Shown here in pieces: positions 23,995-42,998 of a stretch of DNA of 64,000 bases (positions are counted from its first letter, which is position 1; each line of letters begins with the position of its first letter). The DNA is from Octopus vulgaris (lineage: Eukaryota), in contig OX597814.1 in NCBI GenBank assembly GCA_951406725.2, forward strand, positions 81,654,001-81,718,000. The letters run 5' to 3'. The translations under genes and the position numbers were made by a program. The notes under the pieces are model-generated. The model worked only from the letters and a program-made list of their open reading frames with translations. It was not told the origin of the DNA and ran no database searches.

Positions 23995-25093
23995 CAGCAG
24001 TTAAGTGCGGTTCGATTACTAGCGTTGCGTGCAAAGGAACCAAATGTCTCCTTGCTCGACCGGCTAGAAGTAGTAGCGATTTCCCCTTTAAACTAGATAT
24101 TACGAAATTAGAAAAGGAAGGACACATTAGATAATCGAGTCATGGATACATCGTCTGCAAGTAAGGTGAGATGGTCATCACTGGGACGTTTTAAGCATAG
24201 ATTTATTCAACCAGAGCTGACCTGGGGCTAAAAACAATAACAACGAGGTTTATTATTGCTGATACAAACATATGTGTTATGTGTTATACACATGTGCATA
24301 CACGCTCGCCTATACCTACTATATCCGTGCATGGCGGAGTGGTTACGAAGTTCACTTCGTAATTAAGAAGCCCCACCACCCCGAGTTTGAACTTACTGCG
24401 TGGAACCTTAGGTAAGTATCTTTTTACCATATATTCGAGTTGATCAAGTCCCTTCTGAGTGAAATTGTTGATAAAACCTTCAGAAAGACTATCTAAAGTT
24501 CGAAAAACCAGCCTCGGCACACACTGCATCTCACTGATTTTGTATGGTAATTACGTTAGGAGTACACATGTCTGTGGAATACTTAGCCACTTAAACTATA
24601 ATTCAGTAAGTATGTAGTTCAGTTAATCAAACATATGGAACTTTTATCATCGTAACCGACTGAGATCCAATAACTTGACTTCGTACTTATGTAAAACACT
24701 TGCAAACACATACACATGTACGTATGTATGAATATATGTAAACAGAGACACACATAAACAAACATGTGACTGTATATATATATACACCCCTAAACGTTTA
24801 CACAAACGTACGCATACGAAAATATATAAAACGGAAAAAAAAAAAAAGATTGTATCAACAAAAGAACTTTGTTTGTTTTCCAGGAAAAGTAAACTCCCAT
24901 CATAGATTAAATGAGAAGGAACAATTAAAGTCATAAAGGGGTTAGACGAGAAAAAGATAAGAGAAACGTGACAGTTATACTTAAAAAAGGTCGAGAAGAG
25001 GATATTAGGTCAGGAAATCCGGGTACTACGTTTTAATCGCTGTCTATTTTATAAGCGGTGTTAAGTGAAATAATTTCATTTCAAGAGGAAAGA

Positions 25094-25152
25094 ATGTCTG
25101 CTGTTGCTCGTCTTGCGGGCAAAGTTGCCGTTGTTACTGCTTCCAGTGATGG
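25094..25152 (+). CDS. DHRS4: DHRS4-like SDR, exon 1
   Basis: MSAVARLAGKVAVVTASSDG; GG|GTAAG donor; joins exon 2 to give TASSDGIG, the DHRS4-type nucleotide-binding motif. Sits in a locally CpG-rich region. Confidence 0.9.
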
Positions 25153-25485
25153 GTAAGTTTCCGAATTATTTACCTATGTAAAACCGTTGAATATCGCGTT
25201 TCATGTTACAGTGAACGACCCACCAGCAACTGTATGGTCGCGACAACATTCGGGAGAAAAGCTTTCCTCTCCTGTATCGAAAGCACCGAAACAGGTATCG
25301 ATTGTCGCTGATTAAGATTTTCTCCGCTTTACCAATCATTCATTCACGTTTGTTTGTGTTGTTATTGTTTAACACAATCAAAGACATTCCAGTTTTGTTC
25401 TTTTTCACCTGCAGTATTTCGAGAACAACGTTATCAAATGTGTCCTTTTTTCTTTAAGATAATAGTTTGTGATTTGATGGAAATT

Positions 25486-25520
<35 letters not shown>

Positions 25521-26094
25521 GGAAATACATATATATATGGCAGAGTTTCTACAGCTGGATGCCCTTCCTAATGCCAACCACTCCAAGAGTGGAGTGGGTG
25601 CTTTTACATGCCACCGGCACAAGGGCCAGTCTGGCTGTACTGGCAACAGCCAGGCTCAAATGGTGCTTTTTACGTGCCACCTGCACAGGGGTCAGTCCAG
25701 CGGCACTGGCAATGACCTTGCTCGAATGTTTTGTTCACGTGCCAGTAAGGTAACGCAGGTAATGATCACGCTCAAATGGTGCTTTTTACGTGCCACCGGC
25801 ACGGAAGCCAGACAGCTGATCTGGCAGTGATCCTGCTCGGATGGAGCTGTTAGCACTCCACTGGCACGGGTATTGTATTTAAATTGTTGTAATGATTGCA
25901 TTATTCAATTAAATGGAAGTTTCCTGAAATGGTTGTACTGCATCACTACTTGATAACCTGTTGCTTATTTTGATTTTATATATATATAGTCCCCTTATGC
26001 ATACCTTTCCTTCTGGGGACACAAAACTACTTGTGAAGACCTGTTGAGGCAAGTGAGAATCGAAATCGATCAACATCAATGGAAATTGCGGATG

Positions 26095-26486
26095 TGATAC
26101 CAGTGCCGGTGGCACGTAAGAGAACTATCCGAACGTGGCCGTTGCGAGCCCCGCCCTGACTGGCCTCGTGCCAGTGGCACGTAAAAAGCACCATCCGTTC
26201 GTGGCCGTTGCCAGCCTTGCCCAGCCCCTGTGCCGGTGGCACGTAAAAAGCACCATCCGATCGTAGCTGTTTGCCAGCCTCGTCTGACACCTGTGCCAGT
26301 GGCATGTAAAAATCACCCACTACACTCATGGAGTGGTTGGCGTTAGGAAGGGCATCCAGCCATAGAAATATTGCCAGATCAGACTGGGCCTGGTGCAGCC
26401 ATCTGGCTTACCAGACCCCAGTTGAACCGTCCAACCCATGCTAGCATGGAAAGCGGAGGCTAAACGATGATGATGATGATGATGAT
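26095..26486 (+). mobile_element. SINE/LINE-tail family B with internal ~60-bp tandem units and (GAT)n tail
   Basis: GGCACGTAAAAGCACC units, GTTAGGAAGGGCATCCAGC motif, CATGCTAGCATGG, (GAT)n. Other copies at about 25540-25870(-), 34050-34742, 35260-35516, 43680-43965. Confidence 0.75.
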
Positions 26487-26885
26487 AAATACATATATTT
26501 ATATATATATATAAATATATATATATAAATACATATATATATATATATATAAATATATATAAATACATATATATATATATATATATAAATACATATATAT
26601 AAATACATATATATATATATATATAAATACATATATATATATATATATAAATACATATATATATATATATATAAATACATATATATATAGCTACATGGTT
26701 TCGGGTTCAGTCCCACTGCGTGGCACTTTGGGTAAGTGTCTTTCACTATAGCCCCGAGCTGACCGGAGCTTTGTGATTGAATTCGGTAGGTGGAAGTAAC
26801 TGCCGTGTGTGCATATGTGCGTGTAGGTGCTTGTGCCTCTCCCAAAGAGAGAGAGGGATATAAATACATATATATATATATATAA

Positions 26886-26970
<85 letters not shown>

Positions 26971-27364
26971 CATATATATATATATATAAATACATATATA
27001 TATATATATAAATACATATATATATATATATATAAATACATATATATATATATATAAATACATATATATATATAAATATATATATATAAATACATATATA
27101 TATATAAATACATATATATATATATATATATAAATACATATATATATATATATATAAATACATATATAGATATATATATATAAATACATATATATATATA
27201 AATACATATATATATATATATAAATACATATATATATATATATATAAATACATATATAGATATATATATATAAATACATATATATATATAAATACATATA
27301 TATATATATATAAATACATATATATATATATATATATAAATACATATATATATATAAATACATA
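26487..27364. repeat. Compound TAAATACA(TA)n microsatellite containing a family A SINE fragment (26691-26860)
   Basis: Direct reading. Confidence 0.9.
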
Positions 27365-27738
27365 TCTCTCTCTATATAAACGGCAGTTTGTCTGTGCGTG
27401 TTTCTGTGTGTCTGTTTACTTGTACCCTCACCCTGACCACAGCTTTCAACCGATTCTGATGAAACTTGACACACACAGAGCCCAATGTCATAATTCAAAA
27501 CTAACGCAGCGAAAATTTTGAAAAGTTCCCCCAGTTCTGAAAAAAATCGATAAATTCGACATGGGGTCGAGAATCAGAAACACGAACCACAAACTGTCTA
27601 GGAGACGCAACTCCACCTTTTTTAAATCTCAAAAAAAAATTTACCATCATTTTTTTCCATTTTTTTGCTATAACTCTCTAAAAATGCTTTATAGTTATTT
27701 TCCTTACAAACCTGAGCAACGCCGGGCGATACTGCTAG
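27365..27738 (+). mobile_element. Non-autonomous Helitron
   Basis: 5' TC, 3' hairpin CCTGAGCAACGCCGGG followed by CTAG, inserted between A and T; near-identical inverted copy at 56206-56565. Confidence 0.75.
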
Positions 27739-34048
<6,310 letters not shown>

Positions 34049-34742
34049 TGTCTGGCCCCCGTGTCGGTGGCACGTAAAAGCACCATCCGTTCGTGTTCGT
34101 TGCCAGCCTCGCCTGGTCCCGTGCTGGTGACACGTAAAAGCACCGTCCCTTCGTGGCCGTTTGCCAGCTCCGTCTGGCCGGCCCCGTGTCGGTGGCACAT
34201 AAAAGCACCGTCCGTTCGTGTCCGTTGCCAGCCTCGGCTGGCTCCCGTGCCGGTGACACGTAAAAGCACCGTCCGTTCGTGGCCGTTTGCCAGCTCTGTC
34301 TGGCCCCGTGTCCGTGGCACGTAAAAGCACCATCCGTTCGTGTTCGTAGCCAGCCTCGGCTGGCCCCCGTGCAGGTGACACGTAAAAGCACCGTCCGTTC
34401 GTGGCCGTTTGCCAGCTCTGTCTGGCCCCGTGTCGGTGGCACGTAAAAGCACCATCCGTTCGTGTCCGTTGCCAGCATTGCCTGGCCCCGTGCCGGTGAC
34501 ACGTAAAAGCACCATCCGTTCGTGGCCGTTCGCCAGCTCTGTCTGGCACCTGTGCAGGTGGCACGTAAAAAACACCCACTACACTCGCGGAGTGGTTGGC
34601 GTTAGGAAGGGCATCCAGCCGTAGAAACACTGCCAAATCTGACTGGGCCTGATGAAGCCTTCCGGCTTCACAGACCCCAGTTAACCGTCCAACCCATGCT
34701 AGCATGGAAAACGGACGCTAAATGATGATGATGATGATGATA
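34049..34742 (+). mobile_element. Family B element with 9 tandem ~60-bp units
   Basis: ACGTAAAAGCACC recurs at about 34072, 34132, 34197, 34258, 34319, 34380, 34441, 34501 and 34563, followed by the family B 3' body and (GAT)n. Confidence 0.85.
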
Positions 34743-34873
34743 AATACGTATATATATATATAAATACATATATATATATATAAATACATATATATATATA
34801 TATATATATAAATACATATATATATATATATAAATACATATATATATAAATACATATATATATATATATATAA

Positions 34874-34922
<49 letters not shown>

Positions 34923-35059
34923 CATATAAATATATATATATAAATACATACATACATATATGTATATATATATATACACACACATATGTAAATGCATATA
35001 TATATATAAATACATACATACATATATGTATATATATACACACACACATATGTAAATGC

Positions 35060-35090
<31 letters not shown>

Positions 35091-35210
35091 CATACATACA
35101 TATATGTGTATATATACACACACACATATGTAAATGCATATATATATATATATATATATATAAATACATACATACATATATGTATATATATACACACACA
35201 CATATGTAAA

Positions 35211-35259
<49 letters not shown>

Positions 35260-35552
35260 TGTGCTTACCTTGGATCGTGGCACGTAAAAAGCACCAACTG
35301 ATCGTGGCCGTTGCCAGCTTCTCCTGGCACCTGTGCCGGTGGTACGTAAAAAGCACCCACTACACTCACGGAGTGGTTGGCGTTAGGAAGGGCATCCAGC
35401 TGTAGAAACACTCCCAGATCAGACTGGAGCCTGGTCAGCCTCCTGGCTTCCCAGACCCCTTTCGAACCGTCCAACCCATGCTAGCATGGAAAACGTTAAA
35501 CGATGATGATGATGATATACATATATATACATTCTCTCTCTCTCTCTCTCTG

Positions 35553-35584
<32 letters not shown>

Positions 35585-36134
35585 TATACATCCCTACAGA
35601 AAATGTCAGAAAGATAAGTCAGTTATTCCTCTGCAATTTTTTGTAAATTCTTAAATATATCTCCTTCTGTGTGTATATATATTACCAAACAAACTTGATT
35701 TTTATTGAACTCATAATACTTTTTGTAGTCCCATTCTGAATACTTGTAAACTGCTTTTAGCATTTTCTTAATATTATCAAAGAATTTATAACTGTATTTT
35801 AATATTTTTGTGATAACCAGTACTCAATACAACAAAGCTTTACATTTTACTTTTGACAATCTTTTTTTAAACAAGTGAAACAGGTCAAGTGAATAAGCAT
35901 CTTTAAAATTGCATTTTCAAACCTTCTTTTATATATATATATATACACAACTCCATTGTCTTTCAAGACAAAACAACAAATATATATATATACCATCATC
36001 ATCATCATCATTTAACATTCGCTTTCCATGCTGGCATGGCTTGGACAGTTTGATTGAGGACTGGCAAGCCAGTAGGCTGCACTAGGCTCCAATCTGATCT
36101 ATATCTATCTATTTATCTATCTATATATAATATC

Positions 36135-36176
<42 letters not shown>

Positions 36177-36383
36177 CTCTCAAAGTCACTCACCTCAGGA
36201 TGTGCAGATGCACAACTACTACCTGATCATGTTTATATAATATTTATGTAATAATATGAAAAACTCAGCAACTACAGCTGTTAACTGATGCACAAAAACA
36301 ATTATTGTGATTTGTGATTAAAGCCCATTCACTCCATGTTGTTTTATGAATTTTACACACACACACACATGTATCGTATATTC

Positions 36384-36390
<7 letters not shown>

Positions 36391-36421
<31 letters not shown>

Positions 36422-39407
36422 TGTGTACAGTGCTCAGGTGCACTACAACTCATCTAAAGTGTATATATAATCAGGTGAAGTTTCGGCGGATTTCGGAAAG
36501 TATGAGGGCCTTAAAAGATGCAGTGTCATGGCAGTCAACAACTGACGCAGGCAGTTTATTCCATGCTTCAGCAACTCTGAGCGTGAAAAAATGTTTCCGA
36601 AAGTCATGGGAGCTGTATTGTTTTCTGACTTTGTAGGCATGTCCACGTGTGTTAGACACATGGAGATCAAAAAGGTGTTCAGTGTTGTTGTTGGTGAGGT
36701 GGTTGATAACTTTGTGGGTGTTTACCAAGTCCGTCGCCAAACGCCGGAGCTTCAGTGAATCCATGCCCAGGGAAACAAGGCGCTCAGAATATGGTAGGTG
36801 TCTGATGGAGGGTATGCGTTTGGTTGCACGTCTCTGGACAGATTCCAGGAGGTCAATGTTCTGTGCAAGATAGGGGTTCCAAACTGATGATGCGAATTCC
36901 AAGTGTGGTCGTACCATAGCTGTATACAGTTTTAAATAGATGGCTGGAGAGCGGCTAACAAAAGACCTGCTGAGTGATGCCAAGACACCCTCGGCCTTCC
37001 TGACAATCTTAGAGATATGCTTTGACCAACGCAAATCACTGCTGACAGTGATGCCTAGGTCACGCTCGCAAGAGGATTTCTTGATATCAGTGTTGTGGAG
37101 GGAGTATGTGAACGCAGGGTTTTTTCTCCCAAAATGCATGGTGGTACACTTGTCCACAGCCAGTTTCAGTTGCCAGTCTGTGATCCATTGCTGCATTGTG
37201 TCTAGGTCTGATTGCAGGAAAGAGTTGTAGACATCAGGATCTGTCCTCTTGATTCCAAGGTACAGCTTGATGTCGTCTGCATATTTCAATACTGTGGCAT
37301 TCTTTAAATTGGCATCTATGTCGTTAATGTATGCCACAAACAAGAGGGGGCCAAGGACAGATCCCTGTGGTACACCCGATGACATCTCATATGGTGTAGA
37401 GTGCTGTCCTAGAACTGTGACTACCTCCTTTCGGCTGAGGATGAAGGATTTCAACCAGTTAAAAAGGTCATCCCCCACACCCATTGCAGAGAGTTTCACC
37501 ATAAGCCTTTTGTGTGGCACAGAGTTGAAAGCCTTAGCAAAGTCAAGGTAGACAACATCCACCCATGAGCCACTGTCAGTAATCTGAGTAATGTCCTCAA
37601 GGAACTCGACAAGCTGGTCACTGCAGCTGGAGTTAGGGACAAATCCATATTGTGAGGGTCGGATGAGACTGTGAGAGCTCCAGAAGTTCCAGAGTGTTTC
37701 TCTGACACACGATTCCATCAGTTTTGCAATACAGCTAGTGAGACTGACTGGGCGATAGTTGACAGGTGATGTGCGGTCGCCCTTTTTGAACAGAGGAATG
37801 ACACTGGCAGTTTTCCACTGCTCCGGAGTAGCACCATTGTTGAGACAGTACTGGAAGAAAATAGAAAGCTGGTGTAAAAGGAAGTGCCTGCCACGTTTGA
37901 GAAGCAGGTATGTAACTCCATCGAGACCAGGGGAGGCATAGTTGCGCTTATTTTGAAGGTGACGTCGCAGCATTGCAGGTGTAAATTCCATAGTTGTTAT
38001 GGAGTTTGCTGTTAGTGATGGTGAAGATGGTACATTTTGACTTTCAACAGTGAATATGTTTGCATAGCACTCGGCAATGAGTTCTGCGCATTCCTTGGGG
38101 TCGTCAGTGATCTGGTTTGTGTGAGGGTTGCGAAGAGGGCCCACTGGAGAGTGAGGTCTCTGCTTTGAGTGCACATATTTCCAGAAAACCTTGCTGTCAG
38201 GATTGGCTGCTATGCACTGTTCAAATTCAAGCACTGCTTTTTTTGTCACTTGCTTGAGATGGTTGGAGGATTTATTCCGCTTCTTCCTGTTGGTGTCTGA
38301 TTTATGCAACCTGTATTCCCGTTCAGCAGTCCGACGTTCCCTCCTGGCAAGTCGGACCGCTGAAGTTTCCCAAATTGCCCTTTTGGGGCGGTTCTTCTTT
38401 TTTTGTTTACGTGGCACTGATGCTGCACATGCTGCCCATATTGAGTCCAGGATACTCTGGAGTATAGTATTCACATCTCCAGAGTTGTAGAATTCACGCC
38501 AGTTTGGGTGCTGTAGTTCAGTGTGGTACAGGTTCCAATCTGCTCTCTTCCAATCGAAGGAAGTAGATTGGAGATGGTTCAGGTTTTTGTTGCCCGCAAG
38601 AGCCAGATTGGCGATGATCATAGCATGATCAGAGTCACCTAGAGGTTCCTCCGTAGTGCAATTGATAACCGCTTCAGGAGTTGTGGTGAAGAGCAGGTCC
38701 AAGGTGTTGTCGCCTCTTGTTGGAGAGGTGACTACTTGTGACCAGTTTGAGTCCAGCACAAGCTCAACAAAATCGTTTGCACTCTGTGGCCAATGGAAGG
38801 TCTCCCAATCGATCTCAGGATGATTGAAATCGCCTGCAATAAACACATAAGTGGCTGTTTTCCTGGTAGCAGCTCGGAGGACATTGCAAAGCTGTGTGTC
38901 CCGATGGTAACTTGGGGGACGATAAACAACGCCAAGCAGGAGTGTTGACATGGTCATACGCACGTCACAGAAAAAAACTTCTTCTTGTGATTCGTTCAAA
39001 TCGGCACAAGGAATTACCAAAAAATTTGAACGAACGTAGACCATCACACCACCACCACGGCGGTTAGTGCGGTCCTTACGGAAGAGGTTGTACCCCGTAA
39101 TGTTGAAAACCCCATCACAGAGTAAGGAATGCGCCCATGTTTCCGTGACAGTGATGAAGTCAGGGTCAACACTTCTGACGTAGGCGTTGAACAAATGTAT
39201 TTTGTTGCATAAACTGCGAGCATTTAAGGACAACAATTTGTACCCTGCTCGCAGTTTATGATGGTGTGTAGAGGATGGCAGGTTGTTCTGGCTTAGTTTC
39301 CCTGAGTTGCTGTAGTTTTTTTAGTTATTGTGGGTAGAGAGCACTCAGACCAGCTGGTATCTCTCTTCCACGTTTCAGCAGTCTTGACAAATCTCCAGAT
39401 TTGTCCA
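36391..39407 (-). mobile_element. CR1-group LINE, 5'-truncated within the upstream frame, (TTA)n 3' tail, antisense in DHRS4 intron 1
   Basis: Intact APE-RT ORF; (TAA)n at 36391-36420 on the + strand; flanked by TA repeats. Confidence 0.9.
36471..39236 (-). CDS. LINE ORF2: apurinic endonuclease + reverse transcriptase
   Basis: APE motifs NARS, TETW, GGGV, YRPP, GDFN, LDL, SDH; RT motifs NYRPVSLTS, YLDFAKAF, GVPQGSVLGP, YADD, DLG; CR1-type C-terminus PHLEFASSVWNP, LESVQRRATK, TRGH. Confidence 0.95.
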   Translation of the reverse strand: MLSLNARSLCNKIHLFNAYVRSVDPDFITVTETWAHSLLCDGVFNITGYNLFRKDRTNRRGGGVMVYVRSNFLVIPCADLNESQEEVFFCDVRMTMSTLLLGVVYRPPSYHRDTQLCNVLRAATRKTATYVFIAGDFNHPEIDWETFHWPQSANDFVELVLDSNWSQVVTSPTRGDNTLDLLFTTTPEAVINCTTEEPLGDSDHAMIIANLALAGNKNLNHLQSTSFDWKRADWNLYHTELQHPNWREFYNSGDVNTILQSILDSIWAACAASVPRKQKKKNRPKRAIWETSAVRLARRERRTAEREYRLHKSDTNRKKRNKSSNHLKQVTKKAVLEFEQCIAANPDSKVFWKYVHSKQRPHSPVGPLRNPHTNQITDDPKECAELIAECYANIFTVESQNVPSSPSLTANSITTMEFTPAMLRRHLQNKRNYASPGLDGVTYLLLKRGRHFLLHQLSIFFQYCLNNGATPEQWKTASVIPLFKKGDRTSPVNYRPVSLTSCIAKLMESCVRETLWNFWSSHSLIRPSQYGFVPNSSCSDQLVEFLEDITQITDSGSWVDVVYLDFAKAFNSVPHKRLMVKLSAMGVGDDLFNWLKSFILSRKEVVTVLGQHSTPYEMSSGVPQGSVLGPLLFVAYINDIDANLKNATVLKYADDIKLYLGIKRTDPDVYNSFLQSDLDTMQQWITDWQLKLAVDKCTTMHFGRKNPAFTYSLHNTDIKKSSCERDLGITVSSDLRWSKHISKIVRKAEGVLASLSRSFVSRSPAIYLKLYTAMVRPHLEFASSVWNPYLAQNIDLLESVQRRATKRIPSIRHLPYSERLVSLGMDSLKLRRLATDLVNTHKVINHLTNNNTEHLFDLHVSNTRGHAYKVRKQYSSHDFRKHFFTLRVAEAWNKLPASVVDCHDTASFKALILSEIRRNFT

Positions 39408-40416
39408 TATATATGTATGTACAAAAAAAAAATCAGATTGTTATAACTCTATCCAAAGCTGACCTGGAGCTAAACAACATTGATCTTCAGCTTTATATCA
39501 GCATACCACTAATTTTGCATAGCACACTTTTATCTTGTTCCCTTTTCGATGATAAGTCCAAAAGTCCACTATATAAGTAGGGCAGTGTTGATAACTTCTA
39601 GTGTATTAATATTTACAAAAGTATTTTTATATTTGTTTCTCTTAAAAACATTTTTCCTAATTTATTCGTTTACTATTTCTTGTAATTAGACTGTGGTTAC
39701 TAGGGCAACATTGTCAAGGATTTCAGTTGATTCCATCAATCCCTGTAATTTGCCTAGTATTTACTTCATCTTATAATTGAATATATTGAATACTGGCTTA
39801 ACTTTCTTCTTGTAGCTGATTACAATAATAAATGAATAAAATTGCCATTATATACAAATTTAGGAATGGTGAATCTTGAAGCAAATAAAGTTATAAATAA
39901 TAGTATGTAAATATTGCATCAAAAATCTTTTGAATAGGAAAAGTCAAAGGCTACCTGTGGAACTCAAACCCTGTAGACATGACTGGCATTCTAACATTGA
40001 TCCAAAGCAAGCCTTCAGATTTCTTTGTGTTTTACAAACTCCATTCTTACCAGTGAGAATTGTATGTTGTTGATGTCTTAAGAATTTAGAAACTTTCAGA
40101 GACATGAAACAATTCTTATTAGAAATGATGAATCTCATAGCTATAAATAATAGCATGTAGTAGCAGTTTAGTTTGGAAGTGGGAAAGCAATCAAGGGTAT
40201 TAGGTGTATGGATATCTGTCAGGGATATATGTGAAGTATGAAACTAGTTGATGTAGAGAGTTAAGGATTGGAAAAGAGTTGGTTTTCTCAGTTGTGAAAG
40301 GAGTAGAACGAACTTGAAAAAAAGAAGTATATCTATATACTGTTCTGGGGATAACACTAAAAGCACTTGACATCTTGTTGAAAGAAATGATTTATATTTT
40401 TATTTTTAATTTACAG

Positions 40417-40594
40417 AATTGGCTTTGCTATTGCGAAGAGGCTAGCAGAAGATGGTGCTAAAGTAATGGTTAGTAGTCGTAAAGCAGCCAAAGTTGATGA
40501 AGCAGTGTCTAGTCTCACTTCAAAAAGTTTGGATGTTGCAGGAACAGTCTGCCATGTTGCAAAACCTGAAGACAGAAAGAAACTTGTTGAAGAA
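40417..40594 (+). CDS. DHRS4: DHRS4-like SDR, exon 2
   Basis: TTACAG acceptor; [22 protein letters not shown]...[16 protein letters not shown]; GTTAGT donor. Confidence 0.95.
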
Positions 40595-41340
40595 GTTAGT
40601 ACAATGTTTTAACTATTCTGAATTTGTTTTTGTTTCTTTTTTTAACTTTTTGTTGGTAAAACAATAAATTGGTTCATATGCTCATTTTCTGGGGGTTAAA
40701 TCCTGATGCAGTTCTCTTTGCCTTTCATTTCTTTAAGGGTGAATAAAATAAATATCAGAATGAAAAGTAATGGGCTCTTTGGTTATTCCTTCAAATTTTA
40801 TCAGTGTTATTTATCTCACAGTCAAACCTTGACTGAATTATTATCCAATCTTGACCACCTTGCCTTTTTTATACATGATTGTCTAATGTATACTTTAGTG
40901 ACAATAGGATGTGTGGGAGATTTGGTTGCTATTTCTAACAGATAAAACAGCCACATAGGGGGTCCCTTGTTAAAATAGTCTCTTTTTCAAGCCTCTGTTG
41001 ATAAGATGTTTATGTACTAACTATATTGGTATGCAGTGAAACCCTGTTACTACATGGCGAAATGAGTGATGAGCTGCGATAAGAAATTTTTGGTGAATTG
41101 ACACTGTGTATTGACTTTGATTCTTCTTTCAACAATGTTTTGCTGAAATCAAAAGAATCTTAGGAAAATCAGAAATGTAGCAAATTTTCACACCCTTTCC
41201 TTTTAAGCATTTAGCTTCCATGCTTAGAAAGAACATTGTTATGATTTTTATTATATTTTTTTTTGGTCTGGCCTGATTTATAGTGATGTCAAGTAAATTA
41301 AATAATTTGCTCTTTCATGCATGCATGCATGCATGCGCAT

Positions 41341-41383
<43 letters not shown>

Positions 41384-42920
41384 AAGAGAGATAGGAACAT
41401 CACAGACATTTCAATGAATGCAAAGAATAAAAGAAGCTAAAAAGTTTGTTTTGCAGCCAGACATACATTTCTCAGACATTCAAATCTGTAATTTATGTGG
41501 ACTTTGGAGCAACGTCAAAGACAATTGCATATACACCTAAACACAGGTACAAATTTTGCTGAGCAAGAAATACTCAAATAGAGGCATTTCTGCTACATCT
41601 ATCTGATGAATTAAGACATTCGATATTTTAATAATTCAATCATTGAAAACATTCAAACCTTGAACATGGAAGAGGCACAATAATGAGAAATGATACTGTA
41701 ACAAAGTTGTGTTCATAAAGACTTCATTGCCCTGCCTGAAAAATTTAAGGTCGTGAACTGGCAGAATTGTTACCACACTGGACAAAATGCTTAGTGGCAT
41801 TTCTCCTGGGTTTAATATCTGAGTTCAAATATCACCAAGGTTGACTTTGCCTTTCATCTTTTTGGGGTTGATAAAACTAAGCACCAGGGTCAATGTAACT
41901 GACTGGCCTCTTCCCATCAAAGTTTAGATCTTGTGCCTATAGTAGAGAGGATTATTATTGTTGTTTTGTGACACTCCATTGACTATGATGACAAAGGTTC
42001 TACTTAATCCAATCAAAAGATGATTATCCTGCTTGTGAAATTAATGTGCAAGTGGTTGACCACTTCACAGACACATGTAACCTTTATGTAGTTCTCAATG
42101 AGATTCAGTTTGACACAGAATTTGTCAAGGCTGGTCCCTTTGAATTACAGGTACTACTATTTTTGCCTGCTGATTGGATTGAAGCAGCGTGAAAGAAAGT
42201 GTCTTGCTCAAGGACACAATGCACTTCCAGTGATTGAACTCATGGCCTTACGATCATGAACCGTACACCCCCTAACCACTAAGCCATGTACCTTCACTGT
42301 TCATTATTGTTGTTACTGTTGTCATTTAGACCAAGGTTGATTGTGACTGAACAGACCCAGTCAACGATACTGGAACTATTAGTCCTGGTGCTCCACTCTT
42401 ACTACCTTTCCTCTGCAAAAATAATAAGGGTTTCTGACATAGGCACAAGGTTTTATATTTTAGAGGTGATATAGTTAATCGTATCAGCTACTCTAGTACA
42501 TTTGACTGGTATGTTATTTCATCACATCCAGAAGGATAAAAGGTAGAGTTGATCTTTGTGAGATTCAAACTTAGAATTGTGGAACATAAGTAAATATCAC
42601 GCAGCACTTAGTCTAATGCTCTACTAACTCTACTAATACATTGGCTCTTGCAATGATAAAATAAATATTAAATAATGGTTTCTGATTTAGGCACAAGGCC
42701 AGCAATTTTGATTAGGTATGTCAGAATGATTGGCGCTCCAGTTCTTGATTTTATCAACTCTGAAAGGACAAGTTGACTTCAGCAGGATTTGAACTGTGAA
42801 TGCAAAGAGCCAAAACAAATGTTGCAAGACATTTTTCCAGGCTCTAACAATTCTATCAAATCGACTGATATCCACCAAGTATTCTCTTTAATATATAATT
42901 TTTATTTTCTCTTTCTCTAG

Positions 42921-42998
42921 ACACTTGCAAAGTTTGGTGGTTTGGACATCTTAGTAAATAATGCTGGGATCAATCCTGTCTTTGGGCCAGTATTAGAT
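42921..42998 (+). CDS. DHRS4: DHRS4-like SDR, exon 3
   Basis: TLAKFGGLDILVNNAGINPVFGPVLD (NNAG motif); canonical splice sites. Confidence 0.95.

Noticed and set aside
34049-34575. CRISPR-like regular repeats
   Set aside because: The intervening sequences are homologous to each other, there are no cas genes, and the context is a eukaryotic SINE.
36225-36300. Hammerhead-like CTGATCA...GAAA in a TA-flanked segment
   Set aside because: The core is mutated and stem I cannot be formed convincingly.
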